Shown in pieces: positions 36,972 through 47,189 of a stretch of DNA of 64,000 nucleotides. Source of the DNA: a bacterium (GTDB lineage Bacteria > SAR324 > XYD2-FULL-50-16). A program made the translations under genes and the position numbers. The DNA is taken from contig JAVVEA010000004.1 in NCBI GenBank assembly GCA_032250835.1, forward strand, positions 64,001-128,000. Reading direction: 5' to 3'. Under the pieces are notes generated by a model, which saw nothing but the letters and a program-made list of their open reading frames with translations, was not told the origin of the DNA and did no database searches. How positions within the stretch are numbered: position 1 is the first letter of the stretch; each line of letters opens with the position of its first letter.

Positions 36972-39900
36972 GCTTCCTCCTGTGTTGATGGGGCTACGGT
37001 GAAGTTGCGACCGCGCCAGATTGAATAAATTACCGGATAAACTAACAATTCAAGGACCACCGAAGTGGCGATCCCCCCGACCATGGGCGCGGCGATGCGC
37101 TTCATGATTCCCGCCCCGGCCCCGGTAGACCAAAGGATTGGGAGTAAACCAAGCCACGTGGAAGCGGCGGTCATCAGCTTGGGCCGGATCCGCCCCGCCG
37201 CACCTTCGACCAAGGCTTCGACAAAGTCCTGGGGCGTCTTCAAGCGGCCTTCGGCAGCCCAGCGGCGGTGGCTCAGCTTTAAGTAAAGTAACATCACCAC
37301 CCCGGTCTCGGCGTCCAAACCCGCCAAGGCGATGATCCCCACCCAGACGGCCACCGAAAGGTGGTAGTCTAACACCCAAAGCAGGCCGAAGGCCCCGATC
37401 AAGCTGAAGGGGACCGCCATCAGGACGATCACGGTCTCGGCGACGCTACGAGTGTTAAGATAAATCAACAGGACCACCAGGGCCAACGTCAAGGGCACCA
37501 AGGTGGCTAGGGTCTTTGCGGCCCGCTGCAAATGCTCGTACTGACCGGCCCAGGCCAAACTCACCCCGACCGGCAAGGGGACTTCGTTGGCGATCCGCTC
37601 TTTGGCTGCGGCAACATAGTCTCCCAAATTGGTTTTGTTTTGGTCGATGTCCACAAAAACAAAGCTCGCCAGCCTTCCGTTTTCGTCGCGGATCATCGGC
37701 GGGCCAGTGCGGACAAAGATTTTTGCCAGTTGGGCGATGGGGATGTGGGCCCCTTTGGGGGTGGGGATCAGGATTTTTTCAAGTTCCTCGATGCTGCTGC
37801 GGAAGTCGCGGGCATAGCGCACTTGGATCGGGTAACGTTCTCGGCCCTCGACGGCGATGGAGACGTTTTTTCCGCCTACCGCTACGGCCAAACTGGTGAG
37901 GATTTTTTCGGCACTGAGGCCATAACGCGCCGCCTTTTGGCGGTCGATCTCGAAATCAATGAAGTGGCCGCCGGTGCTACGTTCGGCGAAGGCGCTACGG
38001 GTGCCCGGCAAGTCTTCTAAGGTCTTTTCAATGGCCTTGCCGACCGCCTCCACCTGAGCCAAGTCGGCCCCTAAAACCTTGATGCCCACCGCCGAACGGA
38101 TGCCGGTAGCCAACATTTCGGTCCGGGTTTGGATCGGCATCCACCAAATATTCGGCATGCCGGGAATCTGGACCTTGCGGTCTAATTCTTGGGTTAGTTT
38201 GTCTAGGTCGTAGCCTTGACGCCATTGCGACTTGGGTTTAAAAGACACCACCGCTTCGATCATCGAGAGCGGGGCCGGATCGGTGGCCGACTCGGAGCGG
38301 CCAATTTTGGTGAAAACATGATCCACCTCGGGCACTTCCTTGATCTCGCGCCCCACCCGGTGGGCGATGTCCACCGCCTCGCCGATGCTGATGCCCGGAA
38401 CCGCCGTGGGCATGTAAAGTAGGGTTCCCTCATTGAGCGGAGGCATGAATTCACTGCCCAAATGGGTGGCCAAGGGCCAGATGCTCACTACGCCCAGGAG
38501 TGCCAAAATCAACACCCTTTTGGGCCGCTTTAAGACCCAGCGAACCAAGGGCGCATAAAAGGCAATCAAGGCGCGGCTGATGGGGTGTTTCTCTTCGGGT
38601 AACGCCTTGCCCCGCATCAGCAGGACGGCCAAAGCGGGGGTCAGGGTGATGGCCAGAATCGCCGCTGCGGCCATACTGAAGGTTTTGGTCCAGGCCAGGG
38701 GCTTAAAGAGTTTCCCTTCCTGGCCGGTCAAAGCAAAGATGGGCATGAAGCTGACGGTGATCACCAAAAGCGCGAAGAACAGGGGGCGCCCCATTTCGGC
38801 CATGGCCTTGGCGATCACCTCGGTGCGGGGGCCCGGTCTCCCTTCGTCCTCCCAACGTTCTAAGTGTTTGTGGGCGTTCTCCACCAAAATAATGCTGGCG
38901 TCTACCATTGCCCCGATGGCGATGGCGATGCCCGAAAGGGACATAATGTTGGCGGTCAGGCCGCTGTAACCAAAGGGGATGAAGCTGATCAATACCGCCA
39001 AGGGTAAGGGGATGATGGCGATCACGCTGCCCCGGATGTTCCATAAGAAGATCGAAACCACCAAGGCTACGAAGATCACTTCTTCGGACAACTTGTTGAT
39101 CAAATGATCTACCGCCTCATTGATCAAAATGCTGCGGTCGTAGACCGGAACGATCTCAACCCCTTCGGGAAGGGCTCGCTGCAGTTCCTTGAGCCGCAGT
39201 TTAACGCGGTCGATCACTTCCTTGGCGTTGCCGCCCCAGCGCATCACCACAATCCCCCCGACAGTCTCCCCTTCTCCGTCCAGGTCGGCGGCTCCGCGTC
39301 TCATTTCTGAGCCAATGGTGACATGGCCTAGTTGCCGCACAAAGACCGGGGTGCCTTGGAATTCCGCGACTGGTACCAGTTCCAAATCTTCGGGGCTTTG
39401 GATGTAGCCCCGACCGCGGATGAAATGCTCGGCGCCGCTTATTTCTAAGACCCGTCCACCTACGTCTAGGTTGGACTTGCGGACCGCGTTGACCACCTGT
39501 TCGATGCTGATGTCGTAGGCCCGCAGCCGGTTGGGGTCTAGCTGGACTTGGTATTGCTTCACAAAGCCGCCCACTGAGGCGACCTCGGCCACGCCGGGCA
39601 CGGACTTGAGCTCAAAGGCCAAGACCCAGTCTTGCAGCGAGCGCAGATCAGCCAAGCTGCGTTTGCCGCTGCGGTCTCTTAGGGCATATTGGTAGACCCA
39701 GCCGACCCCGGTGGCGTCGGGGCCTAATTCGGGCGAGACACCGGGGGGAATCTTTTGGGCGATACCCGAAAGGTATTCCACCACCCGCGAGCGGGCCCAG
39801 TAGAGGTCCGTCCCTTCTTCAAAAATCACGTTCACGAAGCTGAGCCCAAAAAAGCTTTGACCCCGCACGTATCGGACTTTGGGTGCCCCTAATAAAGAGG

Positions 39901-40111
39901 TGACAATCGGGTAGGTGACTTGGTCTTCGACCAAGTCGGGGCTCTGGCCGGGCCAGTCGGTGTAGACGATAACCTGCACGTCCGAAAGGTCGGGGATGGC
40001 GTCTAAGGGCACCTCATGCAGCGACTTGAGGCCCCAAAGCCCCATGCCTAGGGACATGACCAATACCATTGCCCAGTTTTTGACGCACCAGCGGATGATT
40101 TGCTCGATCAT
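36968..40111 (-). CDS. cusA: Cu(I)/Ag(I) RND efflux permease
   Basis: LDAIPDLSDVQVI, GPDATGVGWV, GIAIAIGAMVDA, GSEFMPPLNEG, DPAPLSM, RIRPKLMT. Confidence 0.96.
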   Translation of the reverse strand: MIEQIIRWCVKNWAMVLVMSLGMGLWGLKSLHEVPLDAIPDLSDVQVIVYTDWPGQSPDLVEDQVTYPIVTSLLGAPKVRYVRGQSFFGLSFVNVIFEEGTDLYWARSRVVEYLSGIAQKIPPGVSPELGPDATGVGWVYQYALRDRSGKRSLADLRSLQDWVLAFELKSVPGVAEVASVGGFVKQYQVQLDPNRLRAYDISIEQVVNAVRKSNLDVGGRVLEISGAEHFIRGRGYIQSPEDLELVPVAEFQGTPVFVRQLGHVTIGSEMRRGAADLDGEGETVGGIVVMRWGGNAKEVIDRVKLRLKELQRALPEGVEIVPVYDRSILINEAVDHLINKLSEEVIFVALVVSIFLWNIRGSVIAIIPLPLAVLISFIPFGYSGLTANIMSLSGIAIAIGAMVDASIILVENAHKHLERWEDEGRPGPRTEVIAKAMAEMGRPLFFALLVITVSFMPIFALTGQEGKLFKPLAWTKTFSMAAAAILAITLTPALAVLLMRGKALPEEKHPISRALIAFYAPLVRWVLKRPKRVLILALLGVVSIWPLATHLGSEFMPPLNEGTLLYMPTAVPGISIGEAVDIAHRVGREIKEVPEVDHVFTKIGRSESATDPAPLSMIEAVVSFKPKSQWRQGYDLDKLTQELDRKVQIPGMPNIWWMPIQTRTEMLATGIRSAVGIKVLGADLAQVEAVGKAIEKTLEDLPGTRSAFAERSTGGHFIDFEIDRQKAARYGLSAEKILTSLAVAVGGKNVSIAVEGRERYPIQVRYARDFRSSIEELEKILIPTPKGAHIPIAQLAKIFVRTGPPMIRDENGRLASFVFVDIDQNKTNLGDYVAAAKERIANEVPLPVGVSLAWAGQYEHLQRAAKTLATLVPLTLALVVLLIYLNTRSVAETVIVLMAVPFSLIGAFGLLWVLDYHLSVAVWVGIIALAGLDAETGVVMLLYLKLSHRRWAAEGRLKTPQDFVEALVEGAAGRIRPKLMTAASTWLGLLPILWSTGAGAGIMKRIAAPMVGGIATSVVLELLVYPVIYSIWRGRNFTVAPSTQEEA

Positions 40112-41928
40112 TTAGACTCCTCTGGCTCACCAAAGCGGGGCAGCGCATTGCGGAGTTGGGCCTCAGAACTGATCAGGAAGTTGGCCGAGAAGCTGATCAT
40201 CTGACCGGCCTCTAAGCCTTTAGTGATCTCTACCCACTCCCCGTCGCTGACGCCGGTCTCTACCTCCTGGGGGATAAAATAGCCCTGGCCTTGGGTCTTA
40301 AAGACGTATTTATGTCGCCCCGAATACAGCACCGCGCGGCGCGGCACCGACAGGCGCATCCCCTGGTCACTGCGGATTTCCACGTCTGCAAACATGCCCG
40401 GCTTGAGCAGCAAATCTTCGTTGCCCACCTCGATGCGTAATTTTAGGGTGCGGGTGCGGGGGTCTAAGAAGGGGTAGAGGTAGTCCACCTTGCCTTCAAA
40501 GCGGTAGCCCGGCTGGTAAGGCAGGCTCAAAATCGCCCGGTCCCCGGCGTGGACCTCATAGGCCTCGTGTTCGAAGATTTCGGCGAGCGCCCAAAGCTGG
40601 GTTAGGTCCGCGATTTTAAAGAGCGGCTGGCCCTTTTTAGCAAAGGCCCCGTCCACCAGATTTTTCTTTAAGATAAAGCCCGTAAAGGGGCTGGTGATCA
40701 CCTGTGCCCTAGGCGGGCGTTGGCGTTTTTGTAGCTCCGCCATCTGTTCGGGGCTAAAGTCCCAGAGCTGTAGTTTCTCACGGGCCGAGCGGTAAAGGAC
40801 TTGGTCTGTTTTGCTGCTGCGGGAATCGCGGTGAAGTTGCAGGAAAATTTCCTGGGCCTCGAAGAGTTCGGGGCTGTAGATACTAAAGAGGGGGTCGCCT
40901 TTTTTGATGAACTCCCCTTCGCGGTTGGCGAAGAGTTTTTCCACGTCCCCTGAATACTTGAGCGAAACGTCGTAAACCTGGGTCTCGTCCAGTTCGATCC
41001 TGGCCACGCTGCTCAAGCCTTTGGAGAGGTGGCGTAGCTCCGCCTTGCCCAGCTCCACACCGATCATCATCATCCGCTTTTTGCCCAGGTAGACGTTGGG
41101 ACCCGCCGGGAGGTCCGGGGCGTTTTCGTCGGGGCCTTTATAAAGGATGTCCGGGTGGCCTACGCTGAGCGCAAAGGGAAACTCGGCCAGGGTCTTGCCC
41201 TTCTTTTGGATGCGGATCGGCAGTTCCCAACCGCCGCCCATACTGAGAATCACTTCGGCTTGGTACTTACCGCCGCCCAAGGATTCGGCTTGGGAGGTGG
41301 TGGACATGCGCGGCATGGTGCCCATCTCGGGCATAAAGGCCTCAATCTCAATTTGGGCCTGTTCTACGGGCTTACCGGCAGCATCGTTGAGGGTAAAGGT
41401 CAGTAGGTTTTCGCCCACTTGCGGCGGGTTGGGGTCAATGGCCAGGGCGTCAATCACCCATTCGCCGCGTTTATGGCCCTTGACTTGGGCTGGGGGCGCG
41501 CCTTCAGGTGCCCCTTTATAGTTCAAGCCCGGCGCGCCGACGCTGAGCGCGAAGGGAAATTCTTTCAGCGTCTTTCCCGCCTTTTGGATGCGGATCGGCA
41601 GTTCCCAACCACCGGCCATACCCAGGATCACCTCGGCCTGATATTGCCCAGAGCCTAAGGATTCGGCGGTGGACTTGGTGGACATGCGCGGCATGGTGCC
41701 CATTTCGGGCATAAAGGCTTCTACCTCGATTTCCGCTGACTCTATAGGTTGTCCCTGAACATTGCTCAGCTTAAAAGTCAGTAGGTTTTCCCCCACTTCG
41801 GGGGACCCGGGGTCTAGCTTGATTTGGGTGATTATATAGTCGCCTTGCCGGAAGCTCTCGGCGGCCAAGCCGACATTGGCAAAGAACCCCAATAAGATCA
41901 GGGTCCATCCAAGGGATTTTAACAACAT
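40108..41928 (-). CDS. cusB: CusB-type membrane fusion protein with two N-terminal YtkA-like domains
   Basis: YSPELFEAQ, LFKIADL, YPFLDPRTRT, LKPGMF; duplicated EAFMPEMGTMPRMS domain. Confidence 0.9.
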   Translation of the reverse strand: MLLKSLGWTLILLGFFANVGLAAESFRQGDYIITQIKLDPGSPEVGENLLTFKLSNVQGQPIESAEIEVEAFMPEMGTMPRMSTKSTAESLGSGQYQAEVILGMAGGWELPIRIQKAGKTLKEFPFALSVGAPGLNYKGAPEGAPPAQVKGHKRGEWVIDALAIDPNPPQVGENLLTFTLNDAAGKPVEQAQIEIEAFMPEMGTMPRMSTTSQAESLGGGKYQAEVILSMGGGWELPIRIQKKGKTLAEFPFALSVGHPDILYKGPDENAPDLPAGPNVYLGKKRMMMIGVELGKAELRHLSKGLSSVARIELDETQVYDVSLKYSGDVEKLFANREGEFIKKGDPLFSIYSPELFEAQEIFLQLHRDSRSSKTDQVLYRSAREKLQLWDFSPEQMAELQKRQRPPRAQVITSPFTGFILKKNLVDGAFAKKGQPLFKIADLTQLWALAEIFEHEAYEVHAGDRAILSLPYQPGYRFEGKVDYLYPFLDPRTRTLKLRIEVGNEDLLLKPGMFADVEIRSDQGMRLSVPRRAVLYSGRHKYVFKTQGQGYFIPQEVETGVSDGEWVEITKGLEAGQMISFSANFLISSEAQLRNALPRFGEPEESK

Positions 41929-42007
41929 GGATTAATACCTATCCGAACTATGAACCAACGCGCTAGCGGGCTTATCCCACTAGGCTGAAACGCCGATGGT
42001 GGACAGA

Positions 42008-42418
42008 CTAATTCAGCTGGACTTGCTTGAGCGAGACGGGGGTCTGGGCCGTAAGGGGCCGAGGCATTTCTTTGGGCTTTAAGCGGCGGGTCCAGAGCAC
42101 CCAAGTCATGGGCAAGCTGAACAGCAGGGGCCAAAAAGGAAGGCTTAGCAGAGATGGGTCGATCTTCAGCAGCGTCAAGGCCGGGGAAATTTGTAGGTCC
42201 ACGCAGCAGGGCAGGGCGCTGGAATCGCAGCAGTCCGGCAACGCCGCCGGGGTATGGCCATGCTCGTGGTCCATGGAATGCCCCAGGTGGACCATTGAAG
42301 GCGTAGGCGCAGACATCATGGCCTCATGTGCCGCAGCGCACTGCGCCGAGCCCAGCAACGCCATCGCCATCAAGGCAATCAGCGTATGCAACCAAAATGT
42401 AGGGACCTTAACCATCAT
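42008..42418 (-). CDS. His/Cys-rich small hypothetical protein heading the cus operon
   Basis: GGAG RBS, HLGHSMDHEHGH, CCD...CC. Confidence 0.6.
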   Translation of the reverse strand: MMVKVPTFWLHTLIALMAMALLGSAQCAAAHEAMMSAPTPSMVHLGHSMDHEHGHTPAALPDCCDSSALPCCVDLQISPALTLLKIDPSLLSLPFWPLLFSLPMTWVLWTRRLKPKEMPRPLTAQTPVSLKQVQLN

Positions 42419-42444
42419 CACGCACAACTCCAAAGATTGGCTCT

Positions 42445-42473
42445 ATTATCTACCCCCTTAGGGTAGAGGTCAA
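42445..42473 (-). promoter_or_regulatory. cus operon promoter with CsoR/RcnR-type operator
   Basis: Minus strand TTGACC-17 nt-GATAAT enclosing TCTACCC-TAAGG-GGGTAGA. Confidence 0.78.
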
Positions 42474-42480
42474 CCGAAAT

Positions 42481-42855
42481 TTATTTTTGACGCCCCAAGC
42501 CATATTCGCCCGTCCAAGCACCACGGCGGAACCCCAGCTTCAACCATTTGGGCCAACAGGCCCGCTTCTTTTGCGGATCACCCGGAAAAGGCACCAGGGG
42601 AGGCTCGCCGCCTTTGACTTCACCAAGGTTGCAGGCCTTGGTCATCATCCAGCTATACCCAACCCGCAGTTTTCCGCCTTCGGTTTCGGCCCATTCTAGG
42701 TGCGCCGGTGCTTGCTCATGAAAGAGCAACCGCTTGCGGATTAGACAGCTAAAATAGAGCTCCATCTCCACGTAAAGGGGCCTTTCCCTTAAATCCAGCG
42801 CCTTTCGGGCGGCGGCGTCTAGTTGGATGTTCGGTAAAGGGTGCAGCGGATTCAT
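42481..42855 (-). CDS. Hypothetical protein
   Basis: Clean ORF directly after the MCP gene; VEMELYFSCLIRK segment. Confidence 0.7.
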   Translation of the reverse strand: MNPLHPLPNIQLDAAARKALDLRERPLYVEMELYFSCLIRKRLLFHEQAPAHLEWAETEGGKLRVGYSWMMTKACNLGEVKGGEPPLVPFPGDPQKKRACWPKWLKLGFRRGAWTGEYGLGRQK

Positions 42856-42861
42856 GGTTCT

Positions 42862-44451
42862 TTAGGTTTTAAAAACCGACAGTTGGTCTTTTAGCTCTTC
42901 GGCCATGGCGGAGAGATCGTTGACGGTGTGGTCCACCTCTTTCATCGCTTCGGCCAGTTGCCCCATGGCGGTGCTGTTGGTGTAGGCCACTTCATTGATG
43001 TCCGTGGACATGCGGGCCACCTCGCTGGTGCGTCGTTTTTGCCGGTCCACTTCGCCGGCTAAAACCTGGGCCCGTTCGTCGATGGCGGTGACCTTGGAAA
43101 TTAAGGATTCTACCGTATTGGTCGCCCCCATCACGGTCATGTTGCCCATGTTGACATGGGCGTATGATTGCTCGATCAACCGGTTGATTTGGTCGATGGT
43201 GGTCGCACTGCGTTCAGAGAGGGTTTTGACCTCCTGCGCGACGACCGCAAAACCCCGACCAAATTCGCCTGCTTTGGCCGCTTCGATGCTGGCGTTGAGG
43301 CTGAGCAACTTGGTCTGGGTGCCGATCTTGGCGATTTCGGCGGTGAAGTGGATGATCTTTTGGGTTGAGTCGGCGATGCGGCCCATGGCCTGCTCGATGT
43401 TTTTGAGCGCCGCGCGGCTCTGGTCCGTATCGGCCATGGCCGCCTTAACCAGCTGGATCATCTGTTGGGTTTCTTCGCCCATCCGCTGGCCTCCGGCGTC
43501 CAATTCTTCTAGCTCACGGGTGGCGTTCTTGACGGCTTGGTAAGAGCGGTCGGTACCCTGGTTGATTTCGGTGGCGTTGCGGTCCACTTCTTCGATGGTC
43601 GCGGCCAGTTCGGTGGTCGAGGCCGAAAGGGTTTCGGTGTGGCCGTGGACATTGCGGATCAGGTTGCCCACCGAGCAAACCAAACCCGCGAAGGCACGCT
43701 GGCTCTGGCCCACTTCGTCGGCGGCATCGGAGCCAAGGTCGCAGCGTAGGTCCTTAGAGGCTTCAACTTCGGCGACCATCACGGCCATCCGCTTTAAGCG
43801 CCCAGAGATCCGGCCGGTCACGAAAAAACCGAGCCCTAAAGAGATGAAAATCGCCAAGACCGACAAGACGGTGCTGCTGCGGTTGTAGCTCTGCATCCGC
43901 TCGATGGTGGTCCCTAACTGTGCGGTGGCTAATTTGACCTGTTCTTCGGTGAAGGGGGCCAAAACCTCGCTGAGCGCAGCGGCGGCGGAGTCGAAGTCCG
44001 CCATCATCAAATTGCCCCCGGCGGGGCCCCGGTCGATGTAAGCTTGGGCCATCTTTTGGCCCATAGCGTAATAGGCGTCCACCCGTAAAGACAATTGGTT
44101 TAGCTGGTCTAAACCTGCTTGGTTGCCTTCGGCTTGATAAAAGGCGCGGAATTTTTCGAGCCGTTCGTTAAATTCCTGGTAGTTTTTAGCGGCTTCATCA
44201 AAGCCGTCGTTGAGGCCGTCGAGCCCGCGGGTGGCGGAGATGTCGGTCAGCCACTGTTGGATTTGGACAATGTTTTTGTCCATTTGTTGGGCCAACAAAG
44301 CAAAGGGGACGTTGGTGCGTCCGGCGCGGTCCAGGGAACGTTGGATGTCGTTACCCATTTGGTAGGACCAAAGGCTGAGCCCGGCTAACATCAAGGCGGG
44401 CAAGGCCAATAGCGCCAGGATTTTATCTCTGATTTTAATGTTTTGTAACAT
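42862..44451 (-). CDS. Methyl-accepting chemotaxis protein
   Basis: 2 TM, HAMP, LLSLNASIEAAKAGEFGRGFAVVAQEV. Confidence 0.95.
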   Translation of the reverse strand: MLQNIKIRDKILALLALPALMLAGLSLWSYQMGNDIQRSLDRAGRTNVPFALLAQQMDKNIVQIQQWLTDISATRGLDGLNDGFDEAAKNYQEFNERLEKFRAFYQAEGNQAGLDQLNQLSLRVDAYYAMGQKMAQAYIDRGPAGGNLMMADFDSAAAALSEVLAPFTEEQVKLATAQLGTTIERMQSYNRSSTVLSVLAIFISLGLGFFVTGRISGRLKRMAVMVAEVEASKDLRCDLGSDAADEVGQSQRAFAGLVCSVGNLIRNVHGHTETLSASTTELAATIEEVDRNATEINQGTDRSYQAVKNATRELEELDAGGQRMGEETQQMIQLVKAAMADTDQSRAALKNIEQAMGRIADSTQKIIHFTAEIAKIGTQTKLLSLNASIEAAKAGEFGRGFAVVAQEVKTLSERSATTIDQINRLIEQSYAHVNMGNMTVMGATNTVESLISKVTAIDERAQVLAGEVDRQKRRTSEVARMSTDINEVAYTNSTAMGQLAEAMKEVDHTVNDLSAMAEELKDQLSVFKT

Positions 44452-44598
44452 CTTTATGCTATCCTAAGCCTGGGGTTCTCTTATAGATTATCCAGTAGAA
44501 CCAAGAAAAGGCAATCTAAAGATCAGCCCCCAATCCAGCCGGACCCTGATCTAACAAGTTTCTGCCTCTTGGCTATTGAAAAATCAGGAGAAAAATTC

Positions 44599-45258
44599 AT
44601 GAATTCTTTAAAGCTAATCAGCTTTGACCTTTGCCCCTTTGTCCAGCGTTCGGTGATCTTACTCAAAGAGAAAGGCTTGGATTTCGAGGTGGAATACATC
44701 GACCTAGCCAACAAGCCCGAATGGTTTTTGAAGATCTCGCCTTTAGGCAAGGTGCCGGTATTGCAAGTTGGAGCGACCATCTTGTTTGAATCGGCGGTGA
44801 TCGCTGAATACCTAGACGAGATCAGCCCCCCTTCGGCACACCCGAAGGACCCGCTGGTAAAGGCCCAAAACCGCGCTTGGATCGAATTCAGTTCTAGCCT
44901 GTTAGGCTCTCAGTTCATGATGTGTTGCGCTGAAGACGCCGCCGGTTACAAAGCCAAGCTTGACGAATTACGCGCTGGGCTGTCGCGCCTAGACGCCCAG
45001 CTCAAGGGCGGCCCCTTTTTTAATGGTGAAAAACCCCATTTGATTGATTTCTGCATCGCTCCGCTGTTCCAGCGGATGGAACTGATCGAGCGGCGCGGCG
45101 GCCCTACGCTGACCCAAGGGATGCTCAAGTTGCGCCATTGGAGCCAAAACCTGCTAGAGCGAAATTCGGTCCAGGACTCGGTTCCCCAAGGCTTTGAAGA
45201 TAAATTTGTCGAATACCTAAAGTCTCGGGGCGGGCATTTGGCCGGTTTGATCCGTTGA
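44599..45258 (+). CDS. Glutathione S-transferase (CPF-type)
   Basis: SFDLCPFVQR, KPEWF, PLGKVP, FESAVIAEYLDE; AGGAG RBS. Confidence 0.93.
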   Translation: MNSLKLISFDLCPFVQRSVILLKEKGLDFEVEYIDLANKPEWFLKISPLGKVPVLQVGATILFESAVIAEYLDEISPPSAHPKDPLVKAQNRAWIEFSSSLLGSQFMMCCAEDAAGYKAKLDELRAGLSRLDAQLKGGPFFNGEKPHLIDFCIAPLFQRMELIERRGGPTLTQGMLKLRHWSQNLLERNSVQDSVPQGFEDKFVEYLKSRGGHLAGLIR

Positions 45259-45420
45259 GCTGAGCTTAGCCTAATCGCGGAGAGTTCTTGAGCTTTACCC
45301 GGCTTTCTTGTAACCCATAGAAGCGCCCTGGGTAGTCTAGGGCCACTATGAGGTCTGATGATGCGCACAAACGGTTACCGCCTTTTTAGCACCGGACCCC
45401 GACCGGGCGGGGAACGGTAG

Positions 45421-47082
45421 ATGTCTTGGCTCACCCAGCGCTTAAAGCTGAGTCCTTCGGTGACCACCTACCTCTTGGCGAGGACCTTTTCGATCTATTT
45501 GATCGTGACGATCTTGCTGACTGGGGTGCAGATGCTGTTGCATTACCAACAGACCGAGGCTTATCTAGCCGCCGACCGGGGCAGTCTGCAAAAAACCCTA
45601 GACCCCCACATCCGCCACAGCCTACAAACCCTTAACTACGATTCTTTAGAGGTGGCTTTAGAGGGCCTGCTGACCAACCCCGCAGTGATCGGGGTCAAAG
45701 TTACCGGGCCGCAGGGCGAGACGCTTTTTGCCGGCGGTATCCACCACGATGCTCAGGGGCAATGGACCGCTTTAAAGGGCATCCGGAATTTTTTAAAGAA
45801 CCTGCCCACCGATTTCCAGTTGCCGGAACTCATCGGTCGTCCTATCGAACTGACCAGTCGCTACCGCCTAGAAGGGCGCTTGATCGGGGCGTTACATCTG
45901 TTTGCGGACCAACGCCCTGCCTTCGAACGGGTCCGGCGGGATTTTACCTTGATCTTGATCAACGCCGCTATCAAAACCCTAGTGATTTGGGCGGTCTTTA
46001 TCTACTTCGCCCGTATCTTGATCAGCCGCCCGTTAAGGGACCTTGCCGCCGCCGCCCAGAAGGTGGATTTTAAAAACCCAGAGCTGGTGCTGGCCGATTT
46101 TTCGGCACCTTACGAAAACGAGCTGAAGCTCTTGGGTGATACCTTCAACCGCATGAGCCGCCGTCTGTATCAGGATTTTTTGACCACCCAAAGGTTGCAG
46201 CGCAACCTGACCGAGCAAAACAAAGACTTAGAAGATACCGTCGAGGCGCGGACCCTAGAGCTAGACGAAAAGAACCACCAGTTAGAAGAGGCCTTAGAAA
46301 ATCTGCAACTCTTCCACCAGCAGATGGTTGACTCAATCCACTACGCCCACCGGCTACAGCAGGCGGTCTTACCCCACCCTGAAAGACTCAAGGAAATCTT
46401 ACCAGAGAGCTACTGGTTCAGTGAGGCCAAGGAGATTGTGGGCGGGGACTTTTATTACCTTTGGACTGAGCCGCAATATTTGGTTTTGGGGATCTTCGAC
46501 TGCACGGGCCACGGCATCCCTGGGGCTTTGATGACCATGACCGCCGCCACTGTGCTGCGCCATATTTTGGCCGATGGGACCGCGCTCGGACCGGCGGAGA
46601 TCTTTAAGCAATTGGACCGCGGCCTGCGCGACGCTTTGCAAAAAAGCCAGCAGGCTGATGAAAATGATGAAGGGCTTGATGGGGCTTTGTTGGTGGTGCA
46701 TTGGAGCCAGCGTCGCTTGGTCTTTGCCGGGGCCCATTTGCCGCTGGCCTACATGGACCCTGAAGGCCCCTTAGTCTGGCTCAACGGCACCCGCCAATCG
46801 GTAGGTTACCATAGCTCCCAGGAACCTTTGGAAATCACTGAGCAGGTTTTAGAGCTAAAACCGGGGCGCAGGTATTACCTTTTTACCGACGGCTGTTTTG
46901 ACCAGAAAGGCGGCATCTCCGGGTTCCCTATGGGTAAAGGGCAATGGCGCAGTTGGCTGGAAGAAACGCGGCCCTATAGCTTGGCTGAGCAGGCCCGCCG
47001 CTTAGAGCAGTTGCAGTCTCAGTGGTCTTTGGGGCGAGGTACGACCGATGACCGCAGCTTGTTGGTTTTTGAACTGCCTTAA
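45421..47082 (+). CDS. Membrane HAMP + SpoIIE/PP2C phosphatase
   Basis: VGGDFY, DCTGHGIPGA, DEGLDG, FTDG, TDD. Confidence 0.92.
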   Translation: MSWLTQRLKLSPSVTTYLLARTFSIYLIVTILLTGVQMLLHYQQTEAYLAADRGSLQKTLDPHIRHSLQTLNYDSLEVALEGLLTNPAVIGVKVTGPQGETLFAGGIHHDAQGQWTALKGIRNFLKNLPTDFQLPELIGRPIELTSRYRLEGRLIGALHLFADQRPAFERVRRDFTLILINAAIKTLVIWAVFIYFARILISRPLRDLAAAAQKVDFKNPELVLADFSAPYENELKLLGDTFNRMSRRLYQDFLTTQRLQRNLTEQNKDLEDTVEARTLELDEKNHQLEEALENLQLFHQQMVDSIHYAHRLQQAVLPHPERLKEILPESYWFSEAKEIVGGDFYYLWTEPQYLVLGIFDCTGHGIPGALMTMTAATVLRHILADGTALGPAEIFKQLDRGLRDALQKSQQADENDEGLDGALLVVHWSQRRLVFAGAHLPLAYMDPEGPLVWLNGTRQSVGYHSSQEPLEITEQVLELKPGRRYYLFTDGCFDQKGGISGFPMGKGQWRSWLEETRPYSLAEQARRLEQLQSQWSLGRGTTDDRSLLVFELP

Positions 47083-47189
47083 AACCTTGGGCTCGGGAAA
47101 TTGTTGCCAACAGCGGCTAGGCAAGACGCCCGAAGGGCGCTAGAGTGACCGCAGAAATACCCAACTTTTAGAACAACCAAAAAGCTTTT

